Below are positions 46,881 through 56,232 of a stretch of DNA of 64,000 nucleotides, one piece after another. Positions within the stretch are counted from its first letter, which is position 1. Each line of letters starts with the position of its first letter. A program made the translations under genes and the position numbers. The DNA is from Myxococcota bacterium (GTDB lineage: Bacteria; Myxococcota_A; UBA796; CAJQPC01): assembly GCA_036012755.1 (NCBI GenBank), contig DASCPX010000198.1, positions 29,349 to 93,348 on the forward strand, read 5' to 3'. Under the pieces are notes generated by a model that saw only the letters and a list, made by a program, of their open reading frames with translations, did no database searches and was not told the DNA's origin.

Positions 46881-48590
46881 ATGCCGGACTGGCTTCGCCG
46901 AGCCGCGCCCATCATCGCGGCAGCAGCGCTGGGTCTCGTCGTGGTCGTCCTGCTGGAGCCGGTCTCCAGATCGGAGAGCCACATCTGGAAGGTCGCGCTC
47001 TGTGTCGTGACCATCGGGCTCGTGCTGTGGCGTGCGTTCAAGGGCGAGGTCTGGCTGCGGACCTGGCGCTTCGTCGCCACAGCTGGAGTCGTGCTCGGTG
47101 CAGGCGCCTACTACAACTTCGACCGAGACTTCGCGGAGGGGATGGGGGACTACACCGACGCCGCCTACTACTACCTGAACTCGAAGTACTTCGACGAGCT
47201 CGGCTACTTCGGGCTCTACGAGGGCATCCTGCTCGCCGACGCAGAGGGCGCGGACCGGATGGGCTCCGAGCTGAAGCAGGTCCGGAACCTCAGGGACTAC
47301 GAGCTCGAGCCGGCCGCCGTAGCGCTCGAGCGGGCCCCGCAGGTCAAGGCCCGGTTCACCCCCGCGCGCTGGGAGGCCTTCCGTCACGACGCCGAGTTCT
47401 TCCTCGCCAAGCCCAAGGTGGAGCACCTCAAGAGGAACTTCTTCGTCGACCACGGCTACAACCCGCCTCCTCCCTGGACCCTGGTCGGAGGCACCCTGTC
47501 GTCGCTCGTGCCGGTGGAGCACGTCAAGGTCGCGGCCATGGTCGATGTGGGCCTCGTCGTCCTCATGTTCGTCGCCATCGGCTGGGCGCTCGGGGTGGAC
47601 GCCTTGCTCCTGGCGCTCTTGTTCTGGTTCTGCACCTTGTCCGGTCGCTGGCCGGTCATGGGCCACTCGATCCTCCGCTTCGACTGGGTCGCCGGCGTGG
47701 TGATCGGGATCTGCGCCTTGAGGCGCGGGCGCACGGGCCTTGGCGGGGCCGCGCTGGCGTGGGCGACGATGTCGCGGGTCATCCCCGCCGTCTTCTGGGG
47801 CTGTGCTGCTCTGGCCTTGTTCGTCCGGGCCCTCCGCGAGCGTTCGATCCCGGGTCCGTTGAGGGGTTTTTCGGCCGGCACCGTGCTCATGGTGGGCCTC
47901 GTCGGCGGCCTGAGCCTGCTCGATGTCGGGCTCGACGGCTATCGCGCCTCGGTCGCCAACCTGCGCATGCACGACGACGCCGCAGAGGCCTACAGCTCCC
48001 AGAAGGTGGGCTTCGGCGACGCGGTCTTCTTCCGCGGGGAGACCACGCGAGAGGCCATGGCTGCCACGGCCTGTGGCTTCCTGGAGCGGCGCGTGGCCGG
48101 GGTGGACTGCGACACTCACGGCGACGCCGTCACAGGCAAGAACAAGGGCAACGGCATCGCCGGCAAGGGCGTGCTCGTGCACTCGATCCGGCCACTGTTG
48201 CGAGTCCTCGGGGGCCTGGTCCTGGCGCTGATCGCCGCCAACACCTGGCGCCGGCGCCGGGATCCAGAGGACCTCGTGCACCTCGGGCTCTTGCTCATCT
48301 TCGTGCTGACGACGCCCAGCTACTACTACTTCACGATCCGCATCGTGCTCGTGCTCTACCACCTCGCCTGGCTGCACCGTCGGCGTGACCAGGTCGGCCT
48401 CGTGCTTCTGTTCACCATCGAGGCGATCAGCAACTGGACGATGCTGCTGGGCTGGCAGCGCTACGCGACCACTGCGCTGTTGTCCTGGATGTTGCTCGGC
48501 TACTTCGCATGGCTGGTCGGCTCGTGGCGGTGGAAGCCGGTACCATCCGGGGCCGAAGCCTGTCATCCTCTGGCCGGAGGACCCCCATGA
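46881..48590 (+). CDS. Polytopic membrane protein, possible GT-C (GT87-like) glycosyltransferase
   Basis: About 10 or more TM segments, loop motifs YYYLNSKYFDELGY, DHGYNPPPPW, RFDW, SYYY. Confidence 0.6.
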   Translation: MPDWLRRAAPIIAAAALGLVVVVLLEPVSRSESHIWKVALCVVTIGLVLWRAFKGEVWLRTWRFVATAGVVLGAGAYYNFDRDFAEGMGDYTDAAYYYLNSKYFDELGYFGLYEGILLADAEGADRMGSELKQVRNLRDYELEPAAVALERAPQVKARFTPARWEAFRHDAEFFLAKPKVEHLKRNFFVDHGYNPPPPWTLVGGTLSSLVPVEHVKVAAMVDVGLVVLMFVAIGWALGVDALLLALLFWFCTLSGRWPVMGHSILRFDWVAGVVIGICALRRGRTGLGGAALAWATMSRVIPAVFWGCAALALFVRALRERSIPGPLRGFSAGTVLMVGLVGGLSLLDVGLDGYRASVANLRMHDDAAEAYSSQKVGFGDAVFFRGETTREAMAATACGFLERRVAGVDCDTHGDAVTGKNKGNGIAGKGVLVHSIRPLLRVLGGLVLALIAANTWRRRRDPEDLVHLGLLLIFVLTTPSYYYFTIRIVLVLYHLAWLHRRRDQVGLVLLFTIEAISNWTMLLGWQRYATTALLSWMLLGYFAWLVGSWRWKPVPSGAEACHPLAGGPP

Positions 48591-49618
48591 CCATCCCCCG
48601 CCTGTTCTGTGCGCTTCTCGCGCTCCTCGCCTGCACCAAGGACCCGGCCGCGCCGGACGACACCAACACCAGCGGTGACGCGGACACGGACACGGACACG
48701 GACTCCGACACAGACTGGGACCCGGAGAGCACGCTCTGCGGAACGGTGACGCTCCTGGACACCGGCTGTGGTGCCCCGTCCTCCGTGAACGTCTGGACGA
48801 TCTTCGATGGACACACGGCCTGCGACGATGACGCCATCTTCGGCGACACCGGCGGAGGCGGCTCCTGGGTGGACTGGAGGGACACCCAGTCCGACGCCCC
48901 GGCGGTCGCCTCCAGCGGTCGCTTCGAGTCGGAGCTGGCGGCGGGTGACTACGCGGTGCGCCTGTTGGAGCAGTGCTACGGCTGCACGGCGTTCTCCGTC
49001 ACCGATGGAGACTGCGCGGAGGTCGAGCTCCAGTACTACGAGCCCTCCTACGCCGACGCGCCGAACGTCTACATCTACCCGGAACAGCTCACGGGAGTCC
49101 GGGTTCGCGTCGCCGGTGCGGATCGGATCACGGCGTCGGACCCCCTCTACCCCCGAGGCGGCTGGACAGCGCTCGCGTGGCCGGACGGACGCCTGCTCAC
49201 CAGCGAGGGGACGCGGGACTTCCTCTTCTACGAGACGGCCCTGCCCGACCGCTACTACCAGTTCTCCGAGGGCTGGTGCGCAGACGGTCAGCACGCCCAG
49301 CTGTCCATCGAAGACGCGATGGTCCACTACGGCTTCCTCGACGACGAGATCGCCGACTTCTCCGAGTTCTGGGACCCGGTCTTCCCCGAGTCGGGCCAGG
49401 TCACGGTCTATCCCCAGGTCAGCGATCTGCCCGGCTTGCGGATCGAGCCCAGGCCGGATCACACCCTGCGAGTGTGGTTCGTCGTCGAGCCTGGCTGCCA
49501 CGCGGTGACCGAGCCCACCATCGAAGAGGCCATCCGGCAGGGCTTCCACGCCGCCGAGTGGGGTGTCGTCCTCGACTCGGACATCCGACCCGAGCTCGTC
49601 GGCCCCGCCGGTTTCTGA
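48587..49618 (+). CDS. Lipoprotein with DT linker and conserved uncharacterised C-terminal domain
   Basis: LALLAC lipobox, DADTDTDTDSDTD, APNVYIYP...FLFYE...FW.P...P.PD..LRV...GF.A.EWG. Confidence 0.75.
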   Translation: MTIPRLFCALLALLACTKDPAAPDDTNTSGDADTDTDTDSDTDWDPESTLCGTVTLLDTGCGAPSSVNVWTIFDGHTACDDDAIFGDTGGGGSWVDWRDTQSDAPAVASSGRFESELAAGDYAVRLLEQCYGCTAFSVTDGDCAEVELQYYEPSYADAPNVYIYPEQLTGVRVRVAGADRITASDPLYPRGGWTALAWPDGRLLTSEGTRDFLFYETALPDRYYQFSEGWCADGQHAQLSIEDAMVHYGFLDDEIADFSEFWDPVFPESGQVTVYPQVSDLPGLRIEPRPDHTLRVWFVVEPGCHAVTEPTIEEAIRQGFHAAEWGVVLDSDIRPELVGPAGF

Positions 49619-49622
49619 GGTC

Positions 49623-50603
49623 CTAGTCGAACAGCGCCTTGGCCTCGACGAAGTCGTCGACGTAGTCCAGTCCCTTGCGCTCGGGCTCATGAGCGTGGCC
49701 CGTGCGCCGGATGACGACTCGCTCGACCCGGTCCGGGAACTTCTTCATGATCGCTTCGTAGGCGGCCGGATCGCGCTGGGAGTCATCCCCGATGAGCACG
49801 AAGCGCTGGCCCGGGTGCAACAGCAGGATGCGCTCGATGTCCTCGATCTTCTCCGCCTCCATGCCCGCCTCGCCCTCGCCCAGGATGCGGCTCAGGCTGC
49901 CGGGCTCGACCGTGCCCTTCGGCATGCCGAGCTTCGCGAGCTTGCCCTTGACCCCGCCGGCGAACATGCCCGGACGGGCCGTGACGTAGTGGACATCCCC
50001 GGGCTCTTCGCCCTCGAGCTCGGCGTAGAGCTCCGCCGCCCCGGCGAACTCGGAGCCTGAGCGCTTGTCGCGGTGGGGCGAGACCGTGTCGTCGAAGTCA
50101 CTGATGACGCCGCGCTCCTTTTTCAGCGAGCCGGTCTGCTGGACCAGCTCGAGGACCTCTGCGCGGATGGCCTCGTCGTCGATGTCGTGGAAGACGAGCT
50201 CGTCGAGGTCGTGGTGGTCGCCGTTCTGGTCCACGCGTCGAAGGATGGCGCCTCGATCCGTGACCGAGGCGTCCCGCAGGAGGTTGCGGATACCGCGCTC
50301 CTCGATGGCGTCGGTCGTCCCGCACTGCAGCATGTCGAGCACCGCCCAGCGCTGCTGCCAGCTCGCTCCCGAAAAACGCCCGGGCTCACGGTCCGCGATG
50401 ACCTCGAGGCGCCCCTCGTCTCCGGCCTCGATGAGCTTCGCGATCTCGGGGTCCAGCGCGCCCTGCTGCATCGCCTCCACCGCCGCGGCGTTTCCCCCCC
50501 CTGGTGCGTCCTGCAGATCCATGCACCCGGTCTGCGCCTCGGGGGTCTGGGCAGCGCGAACCGCTGGTCTGGTGTCGGGAGGGGGGCGGCGCGCCAGCTG
50601 CAT
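49623..50603 (-). CDS. App1/DUF2183-like HAD phosphatase
   Basis: ISDFDDT, HYVTARP, EKIE, FVLIGDDSQRDP..Y. Start uncertain. Confidence 0.78.
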   Translation of the reverse strand: MQLARRPPPDTRPAVRAAQTPEAQTGCMDLQDAPGGGNAAAVEAMQQGALDPEIAKLIEAGDEGRLEVIADREPGRFSGASWQQRWAVLDMLQCGTTDAIEERGIRNLLRDASVTDRGAILRRVDQNGDHHDLDELVFHDIDDEAIRAEVLELVQQTGSLKKERGVISDFDDTVSPHRDKRSGSEFAGAAELYAELEGEEPGDVHYVTARPGMFAGGVKGKLAKLGMPKGTVEPGSLSRILGEGEAGMEAEKIEDIERILLLHPGQRFVLIGDDSQRDPAAYEAIMKKFPDRVERVVIRRTGHAHEPERKGLDYVDDFVEAKALFD

Positions 50604-50766
50604 GTCTTGGGACTTTGCAAGGGTCGTGCCTGGCGCAGAGGGGGGAATCAAGGGTCGGATCGGGTCACGCATGACCCGATCGGGGCATCGCTGCCCACCC
50701 AGCCTTCGCCCACGCTCCAAACGCGAGGAACAGGATCCGGAGCCCCTTGTCCATACTGCTGCCGGC

Positions 50767-51300
50767 ATGCAGAAGCGCTTCCGACCGCCGCTGATCGAGG
50801 ACCTGCCGTTCTTGCCGTGGCTGGCGCTGTCGTTTTCGCTGTCCGCGGTGTTGGCGATCGTCTCGTACCAGCGCCCGAGCAGCGAGATCCACCTCGAGGA
50901 TCTCAACGCCTCGGTCGTGCTGGTCGCCTTCGACGTGAGCGAGGTGCCGACCCCCAGGAGACCCACCGCCTTCGAGCTCCCCGATGGCCACCTCGCCGCG
51001 GGGCCCACCACCTCCCAGGTGACGGTCGAGCAGCTCTCCTTCGAGGGCACCGGTGACTGGTCCCTGGGCTCCTATGTGCTCGACCAGAAGGTCGCGGAGC
51101 TGGGCAGCTGCTACGAGGCCGCCGCGAAGGCAGATGGCCTCGACACCCTGGTGGTAGATCTCGGCAGGAGCGTGGAGGTCCGGGCTGGTCGCGTCTCGTC
51201 CGCGGAGTGCCTGCGGGGACAGTTCGCCGCCTGGCCCTGGCCCGGAGACCTGGAGGGCAGGCTGACCCTCACCCTGCGCAGCCGATCCGTCGTGCTGTAG
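50767..51300 (+). CDS. Hypothetical membrane-anchored protein (AgmX/PglI-like C-terminus)
   Basis: N-terminal TM, LGSCYE...AECL...WPWP pattern. Confidence 0.55.
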   Translation: MQKRFRPPLIEDLPFLPWLALSFSLSAVLAIVSYQRPSSEIHLEDLNASVVLVAFDVSEVPTPRRPTAFELPDGHLAAGPTTSQVTVEQLSFEGTGDWSLGSYVLDQKVAELGSCYEAAAKADGLDTLVVDLGRSVEVRAGRVSSAECLRGQFAAWPWPGDLEGRLTLTLRSRSVVL

Positions 51301-51336
51301 CGCCGGTGCCTGGCTCGGAGTAGCCTCTGGTGCCTG

Positions 51337-52818
51337 ATGCCCCTGATCACACTGGAGCCGCCCACCATCAACGTCGAGGGCCTCGGCTTCTTCCGGCACG
51401 GGTGCGTCGGGGACAAGGTGGTGCTCACGAACGACGCGGGGGACTGGCACCTGCTCGACGAAGATGACTTCCGGCTCTTCGTCTCCGGGGGCATGCACGC
51501 CGAGCATCCCGAGTACGAGGCCCTGCGCGACAAGTGCTTCCTGCGGGCCGAGACCGATCTGAACGAGCTGGCCGAGCGCGTCGCCCGAAAGCGCGCCTTC
51601 ATCTCCCACGGCCCCCACCTCCACGTCGTCGTGACCACCCTGCGCTGCAACCAGAGCTGCCGGTACTGCCACGCCTCTCGCCGTCCCATGAAGGCCGTCG
51701 AGACCGACATGTCGCTGGAGACCGCCAAGGGTGTGGTCGACCACGCGATGCAGAGCACCTCGCCGGTGATCGCCTTCGAGTTCCAGGGGGGCGAGCCGAC
51801 GGTCAACATGGACGTGATCCGCTTCGTCGTGGACTACGCCACGGAGAAGAACCGCTACGAGAAGAAGCGCCTCGAGTTCTCGCTCGTGACCAACTTCACG
51901 CGCATGGACGAGACCATCGGCGCCTGGCTGCTCGACAACGAGGTCTACGTCTGCACGAGCCTCGATGGCCCCCGTGAACTCCACGACTTCAACCGGCCCG
52001 GCGAGCGCTCCTTCGACGAGGTCGTCCGCTGGATCCGCTGGTTCAACGAGCGCTACGTCGAGGACGGTCGCGACCCGCTGCTGTGGCACGTCGACGCGCT
52101 GGCGACGGTGACCCGCAAGAGCTTCGATCACCTCGACGGCATCCTGGCGCTCTACGCCGAGCTCGGCATCCGCAACGTCCACCTGCGGCCCTTGAATCCC
52201 TTCGGCTTCGCTCGTCCTGCCTGGGAGAGGATCGGCTACTCGATCGAGGAGTACCTGGCCTTCTACGAGCGCGCCCTCGACAGGATCCTGGAGCTCAACC
52301 GCGAGGGCATCGAGCTGATGGAGGGCACGGCGGCGGTCTTCCTGGCCAAGCTGCTCACTCCGGACGACCCGAACTACGTCGACATCCGCTCCCCCTGCGG
52401 CGCCGCAACCGGCCAGGTGGCCTACGACCACGACGGCGCCATCTACCCCTGCGACGAAGCGCGGATGCTGGCTGCCCAGGGGGACACGATCTTCCGCATC
52501 GGCGGGGTCGGCCAGTCGATGGAGGACACCCTGGCGCACCCCACGGTGAAGGCCCTCGCGCTGGCGTCGATGCTCGACTCGATCCCCGGCTGCGAGAGCT
52601 GCTGGAACAGGCCCTTCTGCGGGGTCTGCCCGATGCACACCTACTCGAACTGCGGGGACATCTTCGGCCAGCGGCCGCGCTCCAGCATGTGCAAGCGCTT
52701 CTACGCTACGGCCTCGATGCTCATCGAGCGTCTCGCGGCGGACGCTGACGGGTCCACAGAGGCCATCTTCCGTCGGTGGACGGTCCAGCGCCCGCGAGAG
52801 ATCTCCGGCGGGACCTGA
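51337..52818 (+). CDS. hxsB: His-Xaa-Ser system radical SAM maturase HxsB
   Basis: VVLTNDAG, GPHLHVVVTTLRCNQSCRYCHAS, EFQGGEP, TSLDGP, LRPLNPFGFA, YVDIRSPCGA, IYPCDEARML, CESC...PFCGVCP. Confidence 0.88.
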   Translation: MPLITLEPPTINVEGLGFFRHGCVGDKVVLTNDAGDWHLLDEDDFRLFVSGGMHAEHPEYEALRDKCFLRAETDLNELAERVARKRAFISHGPHLHVVVTTLRCNQSCRYCHASRRPMKAVETDMSLETAKGVVDHAMQSTSPVIAFEFQGGEPTVNMDVIRFVVDYATEKNRYEKKRLEFSLVTNFTRMDETIGAWLLDNEVYVCTSLDGPRELHDFNRPGERSFDEVVRWIRWFNERYVEDGRDPLLWHVDALATVTRKSFDHLDGILALYAELGIRNVHLRPLNPFGFARPAWERIGYSIEEYLAFYERALDRILELNREGIELMEGTAAVFLAKLLTPDDPNYVDIRSPCGAATGQVAYDHDGAIYPCDEARMLAAQGDTIFRIGGVGQSMEDTLAHPTVKALALASMLDSIPGCESCWNRPFCGVCPMHTYSNCGDIFGQRPRSSMCKRFYATASMLIERLAADADGSTEAIFRRWTVQRPREISGGT

Positions 52819-53708
52819 TGGCCCGGATCGACCTGAAGACCGGCTTTCGGTGCAACAACCGCTGCACCTTCTGCGTCCAGGGGGACAAGCGCGAGCGCTA
52901 CGTGGACCGGGACACGGCCGAGTGCATGCGCCTCATCACCGAGTCCCGGGCCTTCGCCGACGAGATCGTGTTGACTGGCGGCGAGGTCACGATCCGAAAG
53001 GACCTGTGCGAGCTCGTCGCCCACGCCCGCGACGAGGGCTTTTCGGTCATCCAGATCCAGACCAACGGTCGCATGCTCGCGGTCGACGGCATGCTCGAGC
53101 GCCTGGTGGAAGCCGGGGTCACAGAGGTCAGCCCGGCGCTTCACGGCGCGGACGCTGCGACCCACGAAGGCCAGACCCGTGCCCCGGGCTCCTTCCGTCA
53201 GACCGTGCGCGGCATTCGGCGAGCCCGCGCGCTCTCGCTCCCGGTGCTGCTCAACAGCGTGGTCACTCGAGCCAACCACGAGCAGCTCGAAGCCATGGCG
53301 GAGCTCTTCGTGGCCCTGGAGGTGGACCAGTTCCAGCTCGCCTTCGTGCACGCGCTGGGCACCGCCGGAGAGAACTTCGACGAGGTCGTACCTCGGTTTT
53401 CCGACACGATGCCCCACGTGATCGCTGCGCTGGCGGTGGGAGTGGCCGCCGGCGTGCGCTGCATGACCGAGGGCATCCCCCTCTGCCTGCTGCCCGGCTT
53501 CGAGAGCTTCGCCGCCGAGCGCATCATCCCCAGGACCCGGATCGTCGACGCGGAGTGGGTCATCGAGGACTACAGCAGCCTCCGCGTCTCCGAAGGCAAG
53601 GCCAAGGGCCCCGAATGCGCAGCTTGTCGGCTCGACCAGATCTGCGAAGGTCCTTGGCGGGAGTATCCAGAGCACTACGGCTGGGAGGAGTTCCGGCCCC
53701 CTCGCTAG
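52818..53708 (+). CDS. Radical SAM protein, HxsC-like partner
   Basis: DLKTGFRCNNRCTFC, TGGE, IQTNGRML, EGIPLC, KGPECAAC...CEGPW..Y...YG..EF.P. TGATG coupling to hxsB. Confidence 0.88.
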   Translation: MARIDLKTGFRCNNRCTFCVQGDKRERYVDRDTAECMRLITESRAFADEIVLTGGEVTIRKDLCELVAHARDEGFSVIQIQTNGRMLAVDGMLERLVEAGVTEVSPALHGADAATHEGQTRAPGSFRQTVRGIRRARALSLPVLLNSVVTRANHEQLEAMAELFVALEVDQFQLAFVHALGTAGENFDEVVPRFSDTMPHVIAALAVGVAAGVRCMTEGIPLCLLPGFESFAAERIIPRTRIVDAEWVIEDYSSLRVSEGKAKGPECAACRLDQICEGPWREYPEHYGWEEFRPPR

Positions 53709-53719
53709 AGGAAGAAGTC

Positions 53720-55009
53720 ATGTCGGAGCGCGTTGTCGTCCTCGTGGTCGGCGGAGGCCCCTCGGGGGCGACGGCGGCGGCCTTGCTGGCCCGGGAGGGC
53801 GTCGAGGTGGTGCTCCTGGAGCGCAGCCGCTTCCCCCGCTACTTCATCGGGGAGTCCCTGCAGCCCGCCGCGTTGCAGCTCCTCGACGAGCAGCTCGGCC
53901 TCGGGCCAGCGCTGGCGGCCGAGGGCTTCGCTCGCAAGTACGGAGCGGTCTACGTCTGGGGCGACACCCGCGAGCCCTGGTCGGTGCTCTTCGACGAGCG
54001 CCTCGAACAAGCCCTGCCCGAGACGGAGGAGGAGCTCCTCGACGGGGGCTACGAGTTCGCCTGGCAGGTGGAGCGAAAGGACTTCGACGTGATCCTCTTG
54101 AACGAGGCCAGGCGCCGGGGCGTCGACGTGCGAGACGAGACAGAGGCGCTCGGGCCCATCGTCGAGGACGGGCGCGTGGTCGGTGTGAGCACCGCCGCCG
54201 GCGAGATCCGCGCCGACCTCGTCCTCGACGCCTCGGGCCAGGCCCGCTTCCTCGGCCGGGCCCTGGGGCTGAGCGAGCCGCTCTCTGGCCTGCCAGAGGG
54301 GAGCACCTGGGCCTACTACGAAGGCGCCGGGGGCGTGCCCGGAGTGCTCGGGCGTCACGTGCAGCTCGTCGTCAGCGTGCGGGACGGTTGGGTCTGGTTC
54401 ATCCCGATCCGTCCGGACCTCACGAGCATCGGCGTGGTCGTGCGTGGGCGCGAACAGCTCGACGAGGCCGCCTTCGAGGCCATGCTGGCAGAGGCGAAGC
54501 TGCCCCTGGAGGGGGCGACCCGCGGCGAGCTCATGCACACGTCGGGCTGGTCCCACAGCTGCCGCCGCCTGGCGGGACCTGGCTTCGCGCTGTTGGGTGA
54601 CGCCGGGTGCTTCGTCGATCCGGTGCTCTCCGGCGGGGTGGACTTCGCCATCCGGGGCGGGGCCAACGGGGCGATGGCGACGCTCCGGGTCCTCGCCGGC
54701 GCGGATCCGCGAGAGGAGTTCACCGCATACGAGCAGCGAGTGCGAAAGGAGGCCGCCGCGTACACGCGGCTGGTTCGGTACTGGTACGGCAACAATCGCT
54801 CGGTGGAGGGCTTCTTCTGGGAGGCCCACCAGGAGCTGCAGGCCAGCTCCCTGTCCACACCGCTGCGGGCCTTCGTCTACCTGACCAGCGGGCGCTTCGC
54901 GGCCGACCACACCTTCCGCGTCTTCGTAGAGTGGCAGGAGAAGAAGATGTTCGAGCAGCTCGGCGTCGACAAGGCGGCTCTCCGCCGGGCCTGGGCCGAG
55001 CGCGGGTAG
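53720..55009 (+). CDS. FAD-dependent oxidoreductase, flavin-dependent halogenase-like
   Basis: GGGPSG, FPRYFIGESLQP, GFARKYG (catalytic-Lys position), WQVERKDFD, DASG, GWVWFIP (WxWxIP), GDAGCFVDPVLSGGV. Confidence 0.85.
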   Translation: MSERVVVLVVGGGPSGATAAALLAREGVEVVLLERSRFPRYFIGESLQPAALQLLDEQLGLGPALAAEGFARKYGAVYVWGDTREPWSVLFDERLEQALPETEEELLDGGYEFAWQVERKDFDVILLNEARRRGVDVRDETEALGPIVEDGRVVGVSTAAGEIRADLVLDASGQARFLGRALGLSEPLSGLPEGSTWAYYEGAGGVPGVLGRHVQLVVSVRDGWVWFIPIRPDLTSIGVVVRGREQLDEAAFEAMLAEAKLPLEGATRGELMHTSGWSHSCRRLAGPGFALLGDAGCFVDPVLSGGVDFAIRGGANGAMATLRVLAGADPREEFTAYEQRVRKEAAAYTRLVRYWYGNNRSVEGFFWEAHQELQASSLSTPLRAFVYLTSGRFAADHTFRVFVEWQEKKMFEQLGVDKAALRRAWAERG

Positions 55010-55014
55010 CGCCT

Positions 55015-56232
55015 TTGGCCTGGGACCTCGAGCGACCGGTGCTGCTGCACGTCCCGACGTCTCGGGGCTGCAACAACCGCTGCGTGTTCTGTATGGAGTA
55101 CGGCCGCGGGGTGCAGCGGCGCTTCACCTCCGAGGAGTTCCGGCAGCAGCTGGAGCGCGCCCGGTCCTTCACCGACGAGGTCGTGTTCACCTCTGGCGAG
55201 CCGACCCTGGAGCCCAACCTGGAGCCGGCGGTCGCGGACGCACGAACCCTGGGTTTCACCAGGATCGGCCTGATCACCAACGGCCGGAGACTGTGTGACG
55301 AGGATCTGTGCTCGCGGCTGTTCGACGCCGGGCTCACGGAGATCACCGTGTCGATCCATGGGTCCGATGCAGGGATTCACGATGGCATCACCGGTCGACC
55401 CGGCAGCTTCGACGAGACCTTGGCGGCGCTGAGCAATATAGCCAGATTACGGCGCGATCGTGACCTCACGCTGGCCTCGAACTGCACGCTCGTGCGCTCC
55501 AATCTGTGTTGCATGAAGACGCTGTGGGAGCTGCTCCAGGGCTTCGGAGTGGACAGCCTGAACTTCAACACCGTGGAGCCCAGGGGCCGGGCCTCCGATG
55601 GCTTCGACGACGTCGTCCCACGCTACGACGAGGTCCTGGAGGCCGCAGACGACAGCGGCCTGGACTTCCAGACGCCGCGGGTCTCCCTCTCTCGCATCCC
55701 GGCCTGCGCTGGGGGGGTCGAGTGGATCCAGGAGGACTTCCACTTCACCCACGGCGAGCACGTCACACACTTCGATCCCGCAGAGGGCAAGGTCCGCGGC
55801 GAGATCTGTGGTCGCTGCACCCTGATAGACCGGTGCGCGGGAGTCTGGGAGCGCTACATCGAGGGCTTCGGGTGGGAGGGCCTTTACCCGGTGGCCGAGC
55901 CCCTCTCGGACGATCACCCTCCGCTGTCGCTGGACCTCGCCGATGGCTCGGGCGGGCGGGCGCTGCGCAGGGGGTGGCTGGGCGGCCACCGGCGCCTCTG
56001 CCTCGAGCGTCCCTTCCAGCGTCCGGGTCTCCCTCGTGTGATCGAGCTCGCCCGGTCCCTCGGCTACGGCTGGATCGAGGCTCGCACGGACGGAGAGGCC
56101 ATAGCGTCGGTCGCCGTCATGCGGCGGGTCGCGGAGCTCGGCATCGACCGCCTCGTCTTCCTTCGGCCGGGCTTCTGCGAGCGAGCCGTCCTCGCCGCCA
56201 GCCGGGTCGGGATCCGCTGGGACCTCGACTGA
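55015..56232 (+). CDS. Radical SAM protein (HxsC-like) with degenerate second barrel fragment
   Basis: CNNRCVFC, TSGEPT, ITNGRRL, SIHG, IPAC, CGRC...CAGVW..Y...FG. Tail ARSLGYGWIEARTDG echoes ARTLGFTRIGLITNG. Confidence 0.85.
   Translation: MAWDLERPVLLHVPTSRGCNNRCVFCMEYGRGVQRRFTSEEFRQQLERARSFTDEVVFTSGEPTLEPNLEPAVADARTLGFTRIGLITNGRRLCDEDLCSRLFDAGLTEITVSIHGSDAGIHDGITGRPGSFDETLAALSNIARLRRDRDLTLASNCTLVRSNLCCMKTLWELLQGFGVDSLNFNTVEPRGRASDGFDDVVPRYDEVLEAADDSGLDFQTPRVSLSRIPACAGGVEWIQEDFHFTHGEHVTHFDPAEGKVRGEICGRCTLIDRCAGVWERYIEGFGWEGLYPVAEPLSDDHPPLSLDLADGSGGRALRRGWLGGHRRLCLERPFQRPGLPRVIELARSLGYGWIEARTDGEAIASVAVMRRVAELGIDRLVFLRPGFCERAVLAASRVGIRWDLD

Noticed and set aside
48677..48720. gacacg-type short repeats as CRISPR or VNTR
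   Set aside because: Encodes a DADTDTDTDSDTD linker common in such lipoproteins. No spacers and no cas genes.
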